Origin: a virus
IMG/VR virus record: IMGVR_UViG_3300017780_004980
Location: 1-64,000 of that record
Direction: 5' to 3' (one strand)
Length of the DNA stretch: 64,000 bases
Made by a program: the position numbers and the translations under genes. The notes under the pieces were generated by a model. That model was not told the origin of the DNA. It searched no databases and saw nothing but the letters and a program-made list of their open reading frames with translations. Below are positions 7,175-16,355 of this stretch, piece after piece (the stretch's first letter is position 1; every line of letters starts with the position of its first letter).

Positions 7175-7844
7175 CGGCGGGCTCCTTGAGTTCGTGGTGG
7201 GTCCCGCCGTAGGCCAGGCGGTTGTATAGGTCTTCGAGCTCCGCTTCATTCTCCAGCCGCAGCGAGATGCAGGGGAAGACGATGTTCTCGAACGTCCGCT
7301 GCTCGACGATGGTCAGGTCGGTGTAGCGGTGGCCGAACACCGGGAAGTAGCCGGCGACATAGTCGAGGATGGCCGAGATACGCTGCTGGCCGTCGATCAG
7401 CCAGAGGTCGGTCGGATGCTGATAGGTCTCCGGCGTGTTCAGGACATAGTAGCCGATGGGTAGGTTGAGCCACAGGCTTTCGATCAGCTTGGTCTGCTGT
7501 TCCAAGGTCCAGACGGGCGGGCGTTGGAACGGGGGCAGGACGAACCACCCCAGTCGCCGCTCCTGGTCGGTGGGGCGGGCATACTCCAGCCTGCGTTGGT
7601 CGGGGAACAGGTGCTGGATCGTGTAGTGGTGCGTGCCGGCAAAGGGCAACGGCTCGGGCATCAGGAGGCCGTCTTCGTTCGCCTTGCGGAGTATGGCCGC
7701 TTGCCGGCAGCGTTGCGATCCCGGTCCCGCCGGCGCCGAGTGGCTAGGCTTGCAGTCGCTACAATAGACCGTCTGGCCTTCAGCCTTCGGGGGCCGCCAG
7801 CCATAGGCTGACAGGGGCTTGGGCACGCGCTTTCTGTCGATCAT
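7167..7844 (-). CDS. DUF262 (GmrSD N-terminal, ParB/Srx-like fold) domain protein
   Basis: signature motifs LPPFQRPPVWT, LIESLWLNLPIG, LIDGQQRISAI, LYNRLAYGG. Confidence 0.85.
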   Translation of the reverse strand: MIDRKRVPKPLSAYGWRPPKAEGQTVYCSDCKPSHSAPAGPGSQRCRQAAILRKANEDGLLMPEPLPFAGTHHYTIQHLFPDQRRLEYARPTDQERRLGWFVLPPFQRPPVWTLEQQTKLIESLWLNLPIGYYVLNTPETYQHPTDLWLIDGQQRISAILDYVAGYFPVFGHRYTDLTIVEQRTFENIVFPCISLRLENEAELEDLYNRLAYGGTHHELKEPADD

Positions 7845-8272
7845 AGCGGGCCGTCTTCTGACTTAAGGGTGAGGGCTGAACGGGCGTCGAGCCTTGCCAC
7901 GTCATCGAGCATGACTTTGACGCGCGTCCGGAGTTCCTCGGTCGGGGTTTTGCTGTCCACGAACGGCGGCATGAGCCAGCTAATCGCGGCACGCAGGGCC
8001 TCTACCTCACCTTGGGCGGCGGCCAGATCATCGAGGAGGGTGGGTAGGGCATGATACATTGCCGCGATCAGGGTGGCGTTGTCGTGGTTGGCTTGACCGG
8101 CGGACTGGCAAACAGCGATATATGCAGTCAGTCGGGTGTCGCCCTCCATCCACTTTGAGCGCACAACGCTTTGCCCTTGGCCAATTGACCACGCGGCCCA
8201 GTCGCCCTTCGTCGCCTTCTCCAGAAGCCCTCTGAGTTCGCTCATACCAGGGGATTGGGTTGGGGAGGTCAT
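7841..8272 (-). CDS. Ead/Ea22-like protein
   Basis: LRGLLEKATKGDW...NATLIAAMYHALPTLLD pattern typical of this family. Confidence 0.65.
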   Translation of the reverse strand: MTSPTQSPGMSELRGLLEKATKGDWAAWSIGQGQSVVRSKWMEGDTRLTAYIAVCQSAGQANHDNATLIAAMYHALPTLLDDLAAAQGEVEALRAAISWLMPPFVDSKTPTEELRTRVKVMLDDVARLDARSALTLKSEDGPL

Positions 8273-8571
8273 GCGGCTTCTCCTTCGGCGAGCCATTCGA
8301 GACCGGCTTGGGTCGGCAGGCCGTATTGGTCGATCAGGCCGCCGTGGTAGAGTGGCCACGCGCCAGCCAGACCCACCTTCCGTTCTGGGAACTCCGGGTC
8401 GCGGAACGGCTTGCCGTCGATGCTGTCGAGCGTGACGTTACCGCTGTCGGTGTTGACCTCGATCAGAGCGCGACCGGAAGCGATGAAGGCCAGCGCCTCC
8501 ACTACGGCGGGCGCACGGCGCTCGATGACGGAGACGCAACGCTCCTTGTGGCTGAGTAGATGTTCGCTCAT
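8269..8571 (-). CDS. hypothetical protein
   Basis: 100 aa, ATGA overlap with downstream gene. Confidence 0.7.
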   Translation of the reverse strand: MSEHLLSHKERCVSVIERRAPAVVEALAFIASGRALIEVNTDSGNVTLDSIDGKPFRDPEFPERKVGLAGAWPLYHGGLIDQYGLPTQAGLEWLAEGEAA

Positions 8572-8582
8572 TGTGTTTCGCT

Positions 8583-8738
8583 CTAAGCCGCAGAGGGTTG
8601 GGAAGGGGTGGCGGCGTTTGGGCAGGGGCCGTTAGTCTCGCCGAGAACGGCGGCTTCCCGGTTCGTGATGCGGCACCTGACGCATTGCAGCTCGCCGTGG
8701 CCGACGCGGGATGCTTGCCACTCATGCGGAGCGCTCAC
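8583..8738 (-). CDS. small Cys/His protein (51 aa, absent from ORF track)
   Basis: GTG start after GGAGG; HEW...CVRC...C; fills the gap in the operon. Confidence 0.5.
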   Translation of the reverse strand: MSAPHEWQASRVGHGELQCVRCRITNREAAVLGETNGPCPNAATPSQPSAA

Positions 8739-8831
8739 GTCCCCACCTCCCCAGTGGCCGGAGGAGGGGGAAGGGCGGCCAAGTCTTCTGTCTGTGTGGG
8801 GTTTGACGTTTCGTCGGTCATGGCGGTGCTC

Positions 8832-9317
8832 CTAGACGGGCCGGAGGACGGGGATGTTCCAGGGCGGCTGGCAGCCAGGTTCATCGGGGAACATGCCCGA
8901 GTAGTCGCACAGCAACACCTGGAGGACCGGGTATTCCTCCGTGCCGTAGAACTGGCCGGCCTGGATGGTGTACTCGCTGCGGGCCCGGGCGTCGGGCTGG
9001 ACGATTTTCACCGGGAACTTGCCGCCGATGGACACCAGCTCGCCTTCTTCGAAAGGCTGTCCGGGGTTCGGGAAGTACCGGGACGACTGGAGCTCCGCGA
9101 CAGCGGTCAGCACCCTATGGGCGCTTTCCGGCGGGATGTTCGGGACGATCATCAGCAGGTCCGGGATGCCTTTCTCCCGGTGGCCGATGGTGTAGTAGAA
9201 CGACGGCGTGTCGGGCGGGTCGTTCTCGGTCGGAAAGACACCGATGATCTGCCGCCCGTAGATGGCGATGTTGGTGCCGATACCGGCCTGGAATTCCTCA
9301 AACTTCAGTTCGTCCAC
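8832..9317 (-). CDS. DUF4262-like protein
   Basis: FYYTIGH...PDLLMI and VLQVLLCDYSGMFPDEPG motifs; promoter 9352-9379. Confidence 0.7.
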   Translation of the reverse strand: MDELKFEEFQAGIGTNIAIYGRQIIGVFPTENDPPDTPSFYYTIGHREKGIPDLLMIVPNIPPESAHRVLTAVAELQSSRYFPNPGQPFEEGELVSIGGKFPVKIVQPDARARSEYTIQAGQFYGTEEYPVLQVLLCDYSGMFPDEPGCQPPWNIPVLRPV

Positions 9318-9351
9318 GGTGATCCTCCTGATCCCTTTAGGTGGTGACTAT

Positions 9352-9401
9352 ACTCTAAACTGGGAGGCCGGCTGGTCAAGTGAGTTTGCAAGTGGTTGCA
9401 A
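9352..9401 (-). promoter_or_regulatory. promoter plus operator (9386-9401)
   Basis: TTGACC-N16-TAGAGT. Confidence 0.75.
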
Positions 9402-9403
9402 AA

Positions 9404-10816
9404 TCATAGGTCCTTGAGCAGCTGTGCGTACGGGTCCTCCGGCGGTGCGGGCGGCGGGTTTACCGGGGTCGGTTCCTTCGGGACGGCCCCAAAACCCTTC
9501 AGCACCACGGGTTCGTTCTCACTGCTCGCCACGGCTATACCGAAGACCTTGGAGCTGTGTTTGCCAAGTCCTGACGAGGAGCCAGCCAGATACTGCTGGT
9601 GACAATGCGTTAGGTCCACGATGGGACCAGTCCCCTTCGTCGCCTCCATGATCGTAGCGGACACGCCCTTGATGTGCGCCACCTTGGTGTCGTGGTCAAC
9701 GTCCATGGCGGTAATCTTGAACACCCCGGTGCTCAGCTTAAACAGATCGCCGATCAACAGCTGTACAGGCATAGCCTGGATATCCACCTTGAAAGCGACC
9801 GTCGCCGGGGCGGTCCCGGCCTGTCCTTTTGGCCAGGGCGGCGCCGGAACGGCTGGCTTCAAAAATGCCTCCAGCTTCTGGGCGTCCCCACCCAGGGCCT
9901 GCGACTGCCATGCGGTCATTACGGAGGCGTGATCCGCGTCCTTAAGATAGGCCGAGAACGCCGCCCACAGCGCGGAAGACTTGACCTTAAGCGCAGGCAG
10001 GTCCGCGAACATCGCGTACCAGTCGGGCCCTTTCGCCTGGATTATGTGCGGACCCATCTTGTCGGCCTTCATGTATAGGGCCAGGTCCAACTCCCCACCG
10101 ATGTACGCCGGCGGCTTTCCAAGCAGGGGAGAGCACGTGGGCAGACAGTAGTACCCGACCTTGGCATGCGTGAAGGGCGTGTTGCAGGCCATTTGCGTTA
10201 TCGCCTGCATCGCCTGGGTCATCAGGGTCGGATGCCCCGCGACCCGAGCGGCGACGGTCTGCCAGCTGTACGTGCTCTCTACGAACAGGGGCGAGACGTA
10301 GCGCGGCCGGTCGTCGACGAAGTCCTTTACGCTGCTGTACGTCCGGATAATCAGCGGCGGGGAATTCGGCCAGATAAGGGCGCGGAGCGAGTTCCATATC
10401 GGGTTGCATATCCCGACACAGACGATCAGCTCCTCGGCAGGGTAGTTATGGAGTTCGACCGGGGCAGGTGTAGGTGCGATCAAGGCGGCGATCTCCGCCT
10501 GGCTGTACGCTTCCAGGTCATGGTGGCCGATCTGATCTGAACCCCAAGGCGCCAGATCGAAAGCGGGTTTCAGCTTGTGTCCGACGCCGTACATCTTGTC
10601 AGCAGCGGCCTTGTAGTCGGCCATGGTATTCTCAAGGCCGATCTTCAGCTTAGACGTAGCGGCCGAGGGGGTCCCGTCGACCATTTTCAGAAAATACTCG
10701 TCAAAGCCCGTAGTCAGCTTCTTCACAGACTGGAAATTCAAGCCCTTGGATAGCTGCTTTAGGCTGGCCTTATCCTGCTGCTTTTTCTCCCAGACTTTCG
10801 ACTTGTTCTTGGCCAT
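9404..10816 (-). CDS. hypothetical protein (about 470 aa)
   Basis: MAKNKSK start, TGATG overlap with upstream gene. Confidence 0.75.
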   Translation of the reverse strand: MAKNKSKVWEKKQQDKASLKQLSKGLNFQSVKKLTTGFDEYFLKMVDGTPSAATSKLKIGLENTMADYKAAADKMYGVGHKLKPAFDLAPWGSDQIGHHDLEAYSQAEIAALIAPTPAPVELHNYPAEELIVCVGICNPIWNSLRALIWPNSPPLIIRTYSSVKDFVDDRPRYVSPLFVESTYSWQTVAARVAGHPTLMTQAMQAITQMACNTPFTHAKVGYYCLPTCSPLLGKPPAYIGGELDLALYMKADKMGPHIIQAKGPDWYAMFADLPALKVKSSALWAAFSAYLKDADHASVMTAWQSQALGGDAQKLEAFLKPAVPAPPWPKGQAGTAPATVAFKVDIQAMPVQLLIGDLFKLSTGVFKITAMDVDHDTKVAHIKGVSATIMEATKGTGPIVDLTHCHQQYLAGSSSGLGKHSSKVFGIAVASSENEPVVLKGFGAVPKEPTPVNPPPAPPEDPYAQLLKDL

Positions 10817-11352
10817 CAGATCGGCCTCGCAAAGCCGTCGCCCATGTTCTTCGCATACAAGGACAGGAAGTACGGCAGCATGAACCCGGACCATTCCTGG
10901 GGTTTGCTCGGATCACCCTTGGACCACTTATGCCAGGCGACGTTCACCTGGTTCGGAGTGTCCTGGATCGTGTCGTCGACATGGTAGACGAGCGGGGCGT
11001 GCTGGAGGCCCACGGAGAGCGTCACAGGCTCGCCCCACGTCTTGATGACGTGAGGGCTGCTGTAGGCCCCGGCCCAGCCCCCAAGGCTGGCGACTGCTGA
11101 CTGCCAAGGGTTCGACGGGTCGTAGATGAAATGGTTCGCCGAGGGCAGGCTGGCGATGTAGTTTTCGATATCAGCCAGAGTCATGACGCTGCAAGCCATG
11201 AACGAGCCGATGACGTAGACGTCCGCACCCGCCGGCCACTGCTGCCTAAACAAATCGAGCCCTAGCTTACCGCTTAGGGCCCCGGAATTCTTCGACCAAT
11301 TGTCGTCACCCAGCTGCAAGGCCCCGGTGACGAATGACAAGCTGCCTCGCAT
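10816..11352 (-). CDS. hypothetical protein
   Basis: 178 aa, GGAGG hairpin RBS 11357-11376. Confidence 0.75.
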   Translation of the reverse strand: MRGSLSFVTGALQLGDDNWSKNSGALSGKLGLDLFRQQWPAGADVYVIGSFMACSVMTLADIENYIASLPSANHFIYDPSNPWQSAVASLGGWAGAYSSPHVIKTWGEPVTLSVGLQHAPLVYHVDDTIQDTPNQVNVAWHKWSKGDPSKPQEWSGFMLPYFLSLYAKNMGDGFARPI

Positions 11353-11377
11353 CTCGCGCCATCCTCCATGATAGCGA

Positions 11378-11401
11378 CGGCGGGGGCTTTCACCCCCGCC
11401 G
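11378..11401 (-). terminator. GC-rich hairpin (terminator or processing/stability element)
   Basis: CGGCGGGGG-TGAAAG-CCCCCGCCG after the 11414 stop; no U-tract. Confidence 0.45.
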
Positions 11402-11413
11402 CCTGTTGTAGTC

Positions 11414-12670
11414 CTAGACCTCGCCGGAGATCGTCAGGTTCGGGAACATCTCCAGGAACCCGCTGCCCTCCAGAAGGTCGGTGACCAGCCCGCTCTTGTC
11501 CTCGCCGTATTTCTCGGCCAGGTGCGCCAGGTAGTCCTGCGGTTCCGGGAAGACCTTGACCTCCTTGGGGGCCGGGGGCTTCTTCGTCGAGCTGGTCGCC
11601 AGGTATTCGGCGCAGATGTACTCCAGCGCCACGCTCTTGACGTCAGTCTGACCGGCCTTCATCGCCTTCTCCAGCGCGGCTTCGACGGTTTCCAGCTGGT
11701 CGGCGTGCAGCTTGAACTGCATGCTCTTGACCTCGGAAGCCGTTTCGGCCGGCGCCGACCCAACCACGTCCTCGGCGCTGCCGTTGACTTCGGCGGCGAT
11801 GGTCTTGATCAGGGTGTCGGTGTTCATCGACAGAGCCTTGGCGATCCACTCGTCGGCGTTTTCGACGGTCAGGACGTCGACCAGTTCCTTCAGCTTGGTC
11901 CAGCCGACGACCTTGACCTTCTCGTAGGGCACACCGCTGTTCAGCAGTCCCTCGTAAATCTTGATCTGGTACTGGGCCTTGCGGTAGGCCACGCCGAACT
12001 TGGCGCTGATGTAGTCCGGGAAGTTCTTGAACTCGCCGAAGTCGCCAATGTCTTTCAGCTTGGCGAACAGGCCGCCGAGCATGAAGTCCGACAGGCCTTC
12101 CTGTTCCTGAACCCGGAGGATGCGCTCCTCGACGTCCGATTGCTCGGTCATCGCCTCGACTTCCTGCGAGAAGGTCAGCAGCGGGTCAGGTCCGAGGACC
12201 TCGCCGGTCTTGGCACCCATGCTGACCGAGGTGCCGGCGCCGTTCGCCGCCGCCTTCTTCTGCTGGGCCTTGGTCGGCTTGAAGATGACCTTGTTCAGGG
12301 CCTTCTTCTGATCCGGCAGGGACATGGCCTCGAAGCCGTCGACCGGGATGCCGACCGCCGTGTACACCGCCGCGACCTGAGCGGAGGTCAGCTTGTGGAC
12401 TTCGGTCTGCGTGGTCGGGATTTTCGTGGCCTGGGCCTGTTCGACGTCGCCGCCTTCATCGTCGCCGCCAATGTCGGTGTCGGGGTCTTCGAGGACCGCC
12501 GCCTCGGGGGCGACTTCTTCGATGTCGGCTTCGACGAAGCCGTTGTCGTCCCCCGCTTCGGAGCCTTCAGAGGCGTCAGCCTCTTGGTCGAGGGCCTCGT
12601 CGAGCTTGGGATCGGCGGCGGGAGGCGACTTGAGGTTGCCGCCCTTCAGCAGGGCCATGGTGGCGCTCAT
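11414..12670 (-). CDS. putative DNA-binding protein (acidic N-terminus, central HTH resembling DUF3102/ParB-type)
   Basis: GGLFAKLKD..F.DYISAKFGVAYRKAQYQIKIY...VGWTKLKEL; highly biased codons; own promoter 12733-12760. Confidence 0.7.
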   Translation of the reverse strand: MSATMALLKGGNLKSPPAADPKLDEALDQEADASEGSEAGDDNGFVEADIEEVAPEAAVLEDPDTDIGGDDEGGDVEQAQATKIPTTQTEVHKLTSAQVAAVYTAVGIPVDGFEAMSLPDQKKALNKVIFKPTKAQQKKAAANGAGTSVSMGAKTGEVLGPDPLLTFSQEVEAMTEQSDVEERILRVQEQEGLSDFMLGGLFAKLKDIGDFGEFKNFPDYISAKFGVAYRKAQYQIKIYEGLLNSGVPYEKVKVVGWTKLKELVDVLTVENADEWIAKALSMNTDTLIKTIAAEVNGSAEDVVGSAPAETASEVKSMQFKLHADQLETVEAALEKAMKAGQTDVKSVALEYICAEYLATSSTKKPPAPKEVKVFPEPQDYLAHLAEKYGEDKSGLVTDLLEGSGFLEMFPNLTISGEV

Positions 12671-12732
12671 TCTGGAATTCTCCGGGTGTTCAGGGCGCAC
12701 CCTCCTGGTGAGCCTGATGGTTTGTTACGACT

Positions 12733-12760
12733 ATCTTATAGGGTTTGCAAGTGGTTGCAA
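12733..12760 (-). promoter_or_regulatory. promoter overlapped by operator (12745-12760)
   Basis: TTGCAA-N16-TAAGAT; the operator covers the -35 and part of the spacer. Confidence 0.7.
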
Positions 12761-13315
12761 TTAAGTAGTCTTGCGGGACTTCTTAATAACAGGCGGGGCG
12801 CAGAGAGCCGAAACGACCTCCGCTTGCGGAACCGTCAGGTCCTTAAAGGCACAGCTGTGTATTCCCAGGCCGATCTGGGCCAGAGCGTAACCATCCACAA
12901 CGTCGTTTGAAGCATGCTCGAAACCGTATCTCTTGTACACGGCCAGCTTCATGTCTTCTTTCTTCGTACCCGCGCCCATGTACTTCTTCAGACGGGTCGG
13001 GGCTACTTCATGCCAGCGATAGCCGGACTGTCTGAGGAAATACCGGATCACGGTGCCGACGGTGATCAGGGACTCCTGTCCGAACTTGGAATTCAGCGAG
13101 TAGCCTTCGATGCAAATCTCGCCGGGCGTGAACTTCTCCAGCAAAGCGAGCAACCGTTCGGCCTGCCACGATCCTCGATCCAGATAGTCCAGCTTCAACT
13201 TGGCCGGCGGGGCCCAGACCTCCTGGAGCAGAACCTTCGACTGTTGGTTTCGCTCCCCGTCGAGCAGCACGGCTCCGCTGGAGGTCGAACTGATATCGAG
13301 GCCCAGGCTGATCAT
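12761..13315 (-). CDS. ruvC: RuvC-like Holliday junction resolvase
   Basis: LGLDISS, ICIEGY, PTRLKKY, NDVVDGYALA catalytic motifs. Confidence 0.9.
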   Translation of the reverse strand: MISLGLDISSTSSGAVLLDGERNQQSKVLLQEVWAPPAKLKLDYLDRGSWQAERLLALLEKFTPGEICIEGYSLNSKFGQESLITVGTVIRYFLRQSGYRWHEVAPTRLKKYMGAGTKKEDMKLAVYKRYGFEHASNDVVDGYALAQIGLGIHSCAFKDLTVPQAEVVSALCAPPVIKKSRKTT

Positions 13316-14211
13316 TGGTACTTCCCGCTGAAGCATTCCACCATCTTGGCGCACTTCTTCGCCTCGGGCTGGAACGAGTTGGTGCAAGTGCGGTCGGGGA
13401 GGCCCTTGCCGTCCTTCCACGCCTTGTAGGCCAGCGCCCGGTTCCGGTAGGGCAGGACGATCTCGTCGTTGCGGGGGATCGGGTAGACCTTGAAGGGCGA
13501 GAAGGCGCCGTCCTTGAACCCCCAGGTGGCGATCTCCGGGTCCATCTGACCCCAGCCGCCCTTGGTGATGTACATGACGTAGGCGTACTCGCTCTCGATC
13601 TGCGCCATGCGGTGATCCTCGCCGGCGGCCGTGGCCTCCGCGACCGTCTGCATGTAGAGGCAGGTCCGCAGCTTGTGCTCCGCCTTGGGCGCGACCAGCT
13701 TCTTGAACTCGTCCTTCTCCAGCGTCTTGATCTCGACGATGGCCAGCTTCGGGCGGTCAACATCGAGCAGGACGTCCAGGCCACAGCTGGCGAGCGTGAC
13801 CGGGCTGAAGGCGCGGACCTCCTCGTACTTGAACTCCTTGTGGCCACAGCCCTCGACCGTGCAGAACTTAGGCCGCTTCATGAACCGGTACCACTGGCTG
13901 CAATGGCGGCACTTCCAGTCTCCAACCGCCATCCCGATATCCGCGTACCACTGGGTTGCCGCCTCCTGGAGCTCCAGCCCGAGGCGCCAGACCACCCGGT
14001 CAGCCGTGGTGGCGAATTCGTTGGGCAGGGTCTTGGCCATGGCTCGCAGGGCGTGGGCTCGGGGGCAGAACTCCGGGTCTTGCTTGGTGATATCCGAGGC
14101 GTGCAGCTTGGTCGCCGGCCGCCCGGGGCTGAAGCCCGCCAGGTAGGCGTGCAGCGGCTTGCGGATATCCGGGATCGCCTGCTTGATCGTCTTGGTCAGT
14201 TTCAACGGCAT
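13312..14211 (-). CDS. Cas4-like PD-(D/E)XK exonuclease
   Basis: HAS..CPR at N-terminus, D...EIKT, LYM, C-terminal Cys cluster, extra CxxC zinc insert. Confidence 0.8.
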   Translation of the reverse strand: MPLKLTKTIKQAIPDIRKPLHAYLAGFSPGRPATKLHASDITKQDPEFCPRAHALRAMAKTLPNEFATTADRVVWRLGLELQEAATQWYADIGMAVGDWKCRHCSQWYRFMKRPKFCTVEGCGHKEFKYEEVRAFSPVTLASCGLDVLLDVDRPKLAIVEIKTLEKDEFKKLVAPKAEHKLRTCLYMQTVAEATAAGEDHRMAQIESEYAYVMYITKGGWGQMDPEIATWGFKDGAFSPFKVYPIPRNDEIVLPYRNRALAYKAWKDGKGLPDRTCTNSFQPEAKKCAKMVECFSGKYQ

Positions 14212-14573
14212 CAGGCGTCTCGATCCTTCTCCGCCATATAGGCGCGCTCCATTTCCCGGAACAGGGTCTCCGGTACCGCCACCCATGCGCCGAAGGCTTG
14301 GGGTCGCCCGTTCCCCGTGATGAACTGGATGGCCAGGGCCGGGTTCTTCCGGTCCTGTTGCGCCTCCTGGGCGATCTTTGCAAGCACTTGCAATTTGATC
14401 GAGAAGCTCTCGTTCAGGGTCGACTTGTTCTCGATCAGGAAGCCTGGGCGGCGGATATCCCCCTTGGCCCCCTGCATGGCCCCGCTGGCTGGCGTGGCCT
14501 GCCCGTCTAGGCGCTTGGTGGCCCGCAGCTCTGCCATACGCCCTGCGACCCCTATGAGGCCCCTAGGCGGCAT
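14211..14573 (-). CDS. Hjc-like PD-(D/E)XK endonuclease/resolvase
   Basis: GRMAE...PASGA..KGD...IENKST motif. Confidence 0.75.
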   Translation of the reverse strand: MPPRGLIGVAGRMAELRATKRLDGQATPASGAMQGAKGDIRRPGFLIENKSTLNESFSIKLQVLAKIAQEAQQDRKNPALAIQFITGNGRPQAFGAWVAVPETLFREMERAYMAEKDRDA

Positions 14574-15705
14574 TCTCCTCGGCCCCCAACACGTCGTTGC
14601 TGTCGAGCGAGACGTCCTCAGCATCCAGCAGGGCCTGTTCGATGAAGGCCTTGTGCAGCATGGTCCGGAAGTTCACGTCCCCGTAGTAGACGTCCTCGCA
14701 GTCCTTCAGCTTCTGATAGTCGGTACCGCACATGGTCCAGACGCCGGCCTTGGGGTTCTTCAGCAGCCCCGCCTCCTTCATCATCGGGTTCAGGGTGGTC
14801 CAGTCCAGAACCTCCCCGACCTTGTGGCCCTTGAAGGGCTGCATGACGATGTCGTACTCGGCCTTCTGGGCCAGGACCGGGACCTTCCACTTCTTCAGGG
14901 TGGCCGACGTGCTCTTGGCGATGGGCATGGCCGCGTTGATCTTGTTGTCCATGACGTTCGTGCCATAGAGCGACAGCCGCAGCGCATACAGGAACGGCAA
15001 GGCGTTCCCGCCGGGCGTGGTCTCCGGGGAACCATACATGACCCCGATCTTCATCCTGATCTGGTTGATGAAGATCACCGCCGGCATGGAGCCGGACCGC
15101 TCGCCCCGCAAGATAGCGTCCTCGACCTGTCCAAGGGCGAACACCATCTTACGCATCAGCTTGCCGCCGATCCGGGCGTTGAGGCCAGGCAGATCGTTCT
15201 CGGCGCTCTTGTCCATCTCGGCGGTGGCAGCCATGGCGGCGATACTGTCCATGGCGACCATCGACAGGCCCTTCGCCTGGGTGACCTTCTCGACCATGTC
15301 GACCGCCTGCTCGGCGAAGTTCGGCCGCAAGTAGATCACCTTGTCGGGGTTCACTCCCATCGAGCGGGCCCATTCAGGGGTCAGGGCATGCTCAATGTCG
15401 ATGAACGCCGGCCGCTTGTCCGGCTCCAGTTTCTGGGCCGTGGCCATGGTCTTGAGGACGAGGTTCGTTTTACCGGACCCCTCCTTGCCATATACCTCGC
15501 TGACCCGGCCCCGGGGGAAGCCGCCGCCAATGGCATAGTCCAGGGCGAAGATACCCGACGGGGACCGGTCGACGTTGACAGCGGTGATGGCGTCATAGAC
15601 CGACGCCTCGCCATAGTCGTCCTTCATCTGGGCGACGTACTGATCCAGGTCGAAGCCGTCCGGGAGGGTCGAGCCCTTCTTGGCTTTCGCGGGGGTCTTA
15701 GCCAT
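14563..15705 (-). CDS. recA: RecA-like recombinase
   Basis: GGGFPRGRVSEVYGKEGSGKT, FIDIEHAL, FINQIRMKIGVMYGSPETTPGGNAL. Confidence 0.97.
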   Translation of the reverse strand: MAKTPAKAKKGSTLPDGFDLDQYVAQMKDDYGEASVYDAITAVNVDRSPSGIFALDYAIGGGFPRGRVSEVYGKEGSGKTNLVLKTMATAQKLEPDKRPAFIDIEHALTPEWARSMGVNPDKVIYLRPNFAEQAVDMVEKVTQAKGLSMVAMDSIAAMAATAEMDKSAENDLPGLNARIGGKLMRKMVFALGQVEDAILRGERSGSMPAVIFINQIRMKIGVMYGSPETTPGGNALPFLYALRLSLYGTNVMDNKINAAMPIAKSTSATLKKWKVPVLAQKAEYDIVMQPFKGHKVGEVLDWTTLNPMMKEAGLLKNPKAGVWTMCGTDYQKLKDCEDVYYGDVNFRTMLHKAFIEQALLDAEDVSLDSNDVLGAEENAA

Positions 15706-16003
15706 TGGCGCCGGCCAGGTCGGCTTGGACCTCCTCCATGATGGCGCCGATCTTGCCGTCGATCCACTCCTTGGCGAATTCGAAGGCGGCGTCGATCTCG
15801 CTGGTCTCGACATGCAGGCCGAGCTTCACGTCCACCCGGATGTTGCCGTAGGGCTTGGTCGGCTCGGTCAGTCCGAGGGAGACCTCGACGTACTGGAGCG
15901 GCTGGGCTTCAGCCGGGATCGAGTGCTCGACGTTCTCGCTTTTCTGCTTCGTAGGCCCATCGCCGGACTGCACCATCGTCTCCACCTTTGCGTTCTTGGT
16001 CAT
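15698..16003 (-). CDS. hypothetical protein
   Basis: 101 aa with AAGGAG RBS. Confidence 0.8.
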   Translation of the reverse strand: MTKNAKVETMVQSGDGPTKQKSENVEHSIPAEAQPLQYVEVSLGLTEPTKPYGNIRVDVKLGLHVETSEIDAAFEFAKEWIDGKIGAIMEEVQADLAGANG

Positions 16004-16355
16004 TGTTCCACTCCTTCCGTAGAGCTGTGATCGTGTGGCTCAAGGCCTTCTGAGAAGCCGGGTCCTTGAACTTGAGCCGGTTGGTCCGGGCATACAAAAG
16101 CGATCCGATCAGACGGACCTGACGCTGACTGAAAAGGGCTCCCCGCTTGTACGTGCCGTACACGGTCTCGGGGATCGCGCCCCTGTTATAGAGATCATAC
16201 AGAACGTAGCGGTCAACGCCATAGAGAACAGACACCTCTCGTAGCGTCCAGCACGGGGTTTTCAGGCCAGTGTCTGGATGGAGCCGGAAGCTGTTCGGAA
16301 CCGGCATGGCCTTGCGGCTTTCGCCCAGGCCGTGCTTGTTCTTATTGCGCCCCAC
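15909..16355 (-). CDS. MerR/excisionase-like HTH DNA-binding protein
   Basis: WTLREVSVLYGVDRYVLYDLYNRGAIP...RGALFSQRQV; GTG start after GGAG. Confidence 0.6.
   Translation of the reverse strand: MGRNKNKHGLGESRKAMPVPNSFRLHPDTGLKTPCWTLREVSVLYGVDRYVLYDLYNRGAIPETVYGTYKRGALFSQRQVRLIGSLLYARTNRLKFKDPASQKALSHTITALRKEWNNDQERKGGDDGAVRRWAYEAEKRERRALDPG

Noticed and set aside
8735-8821. 28-codon ORF MTDETSNP...GEVGT with a GGAG RBS
   Set aside because: Too short to support; it may be a deletion remnant serving only translational coupling.
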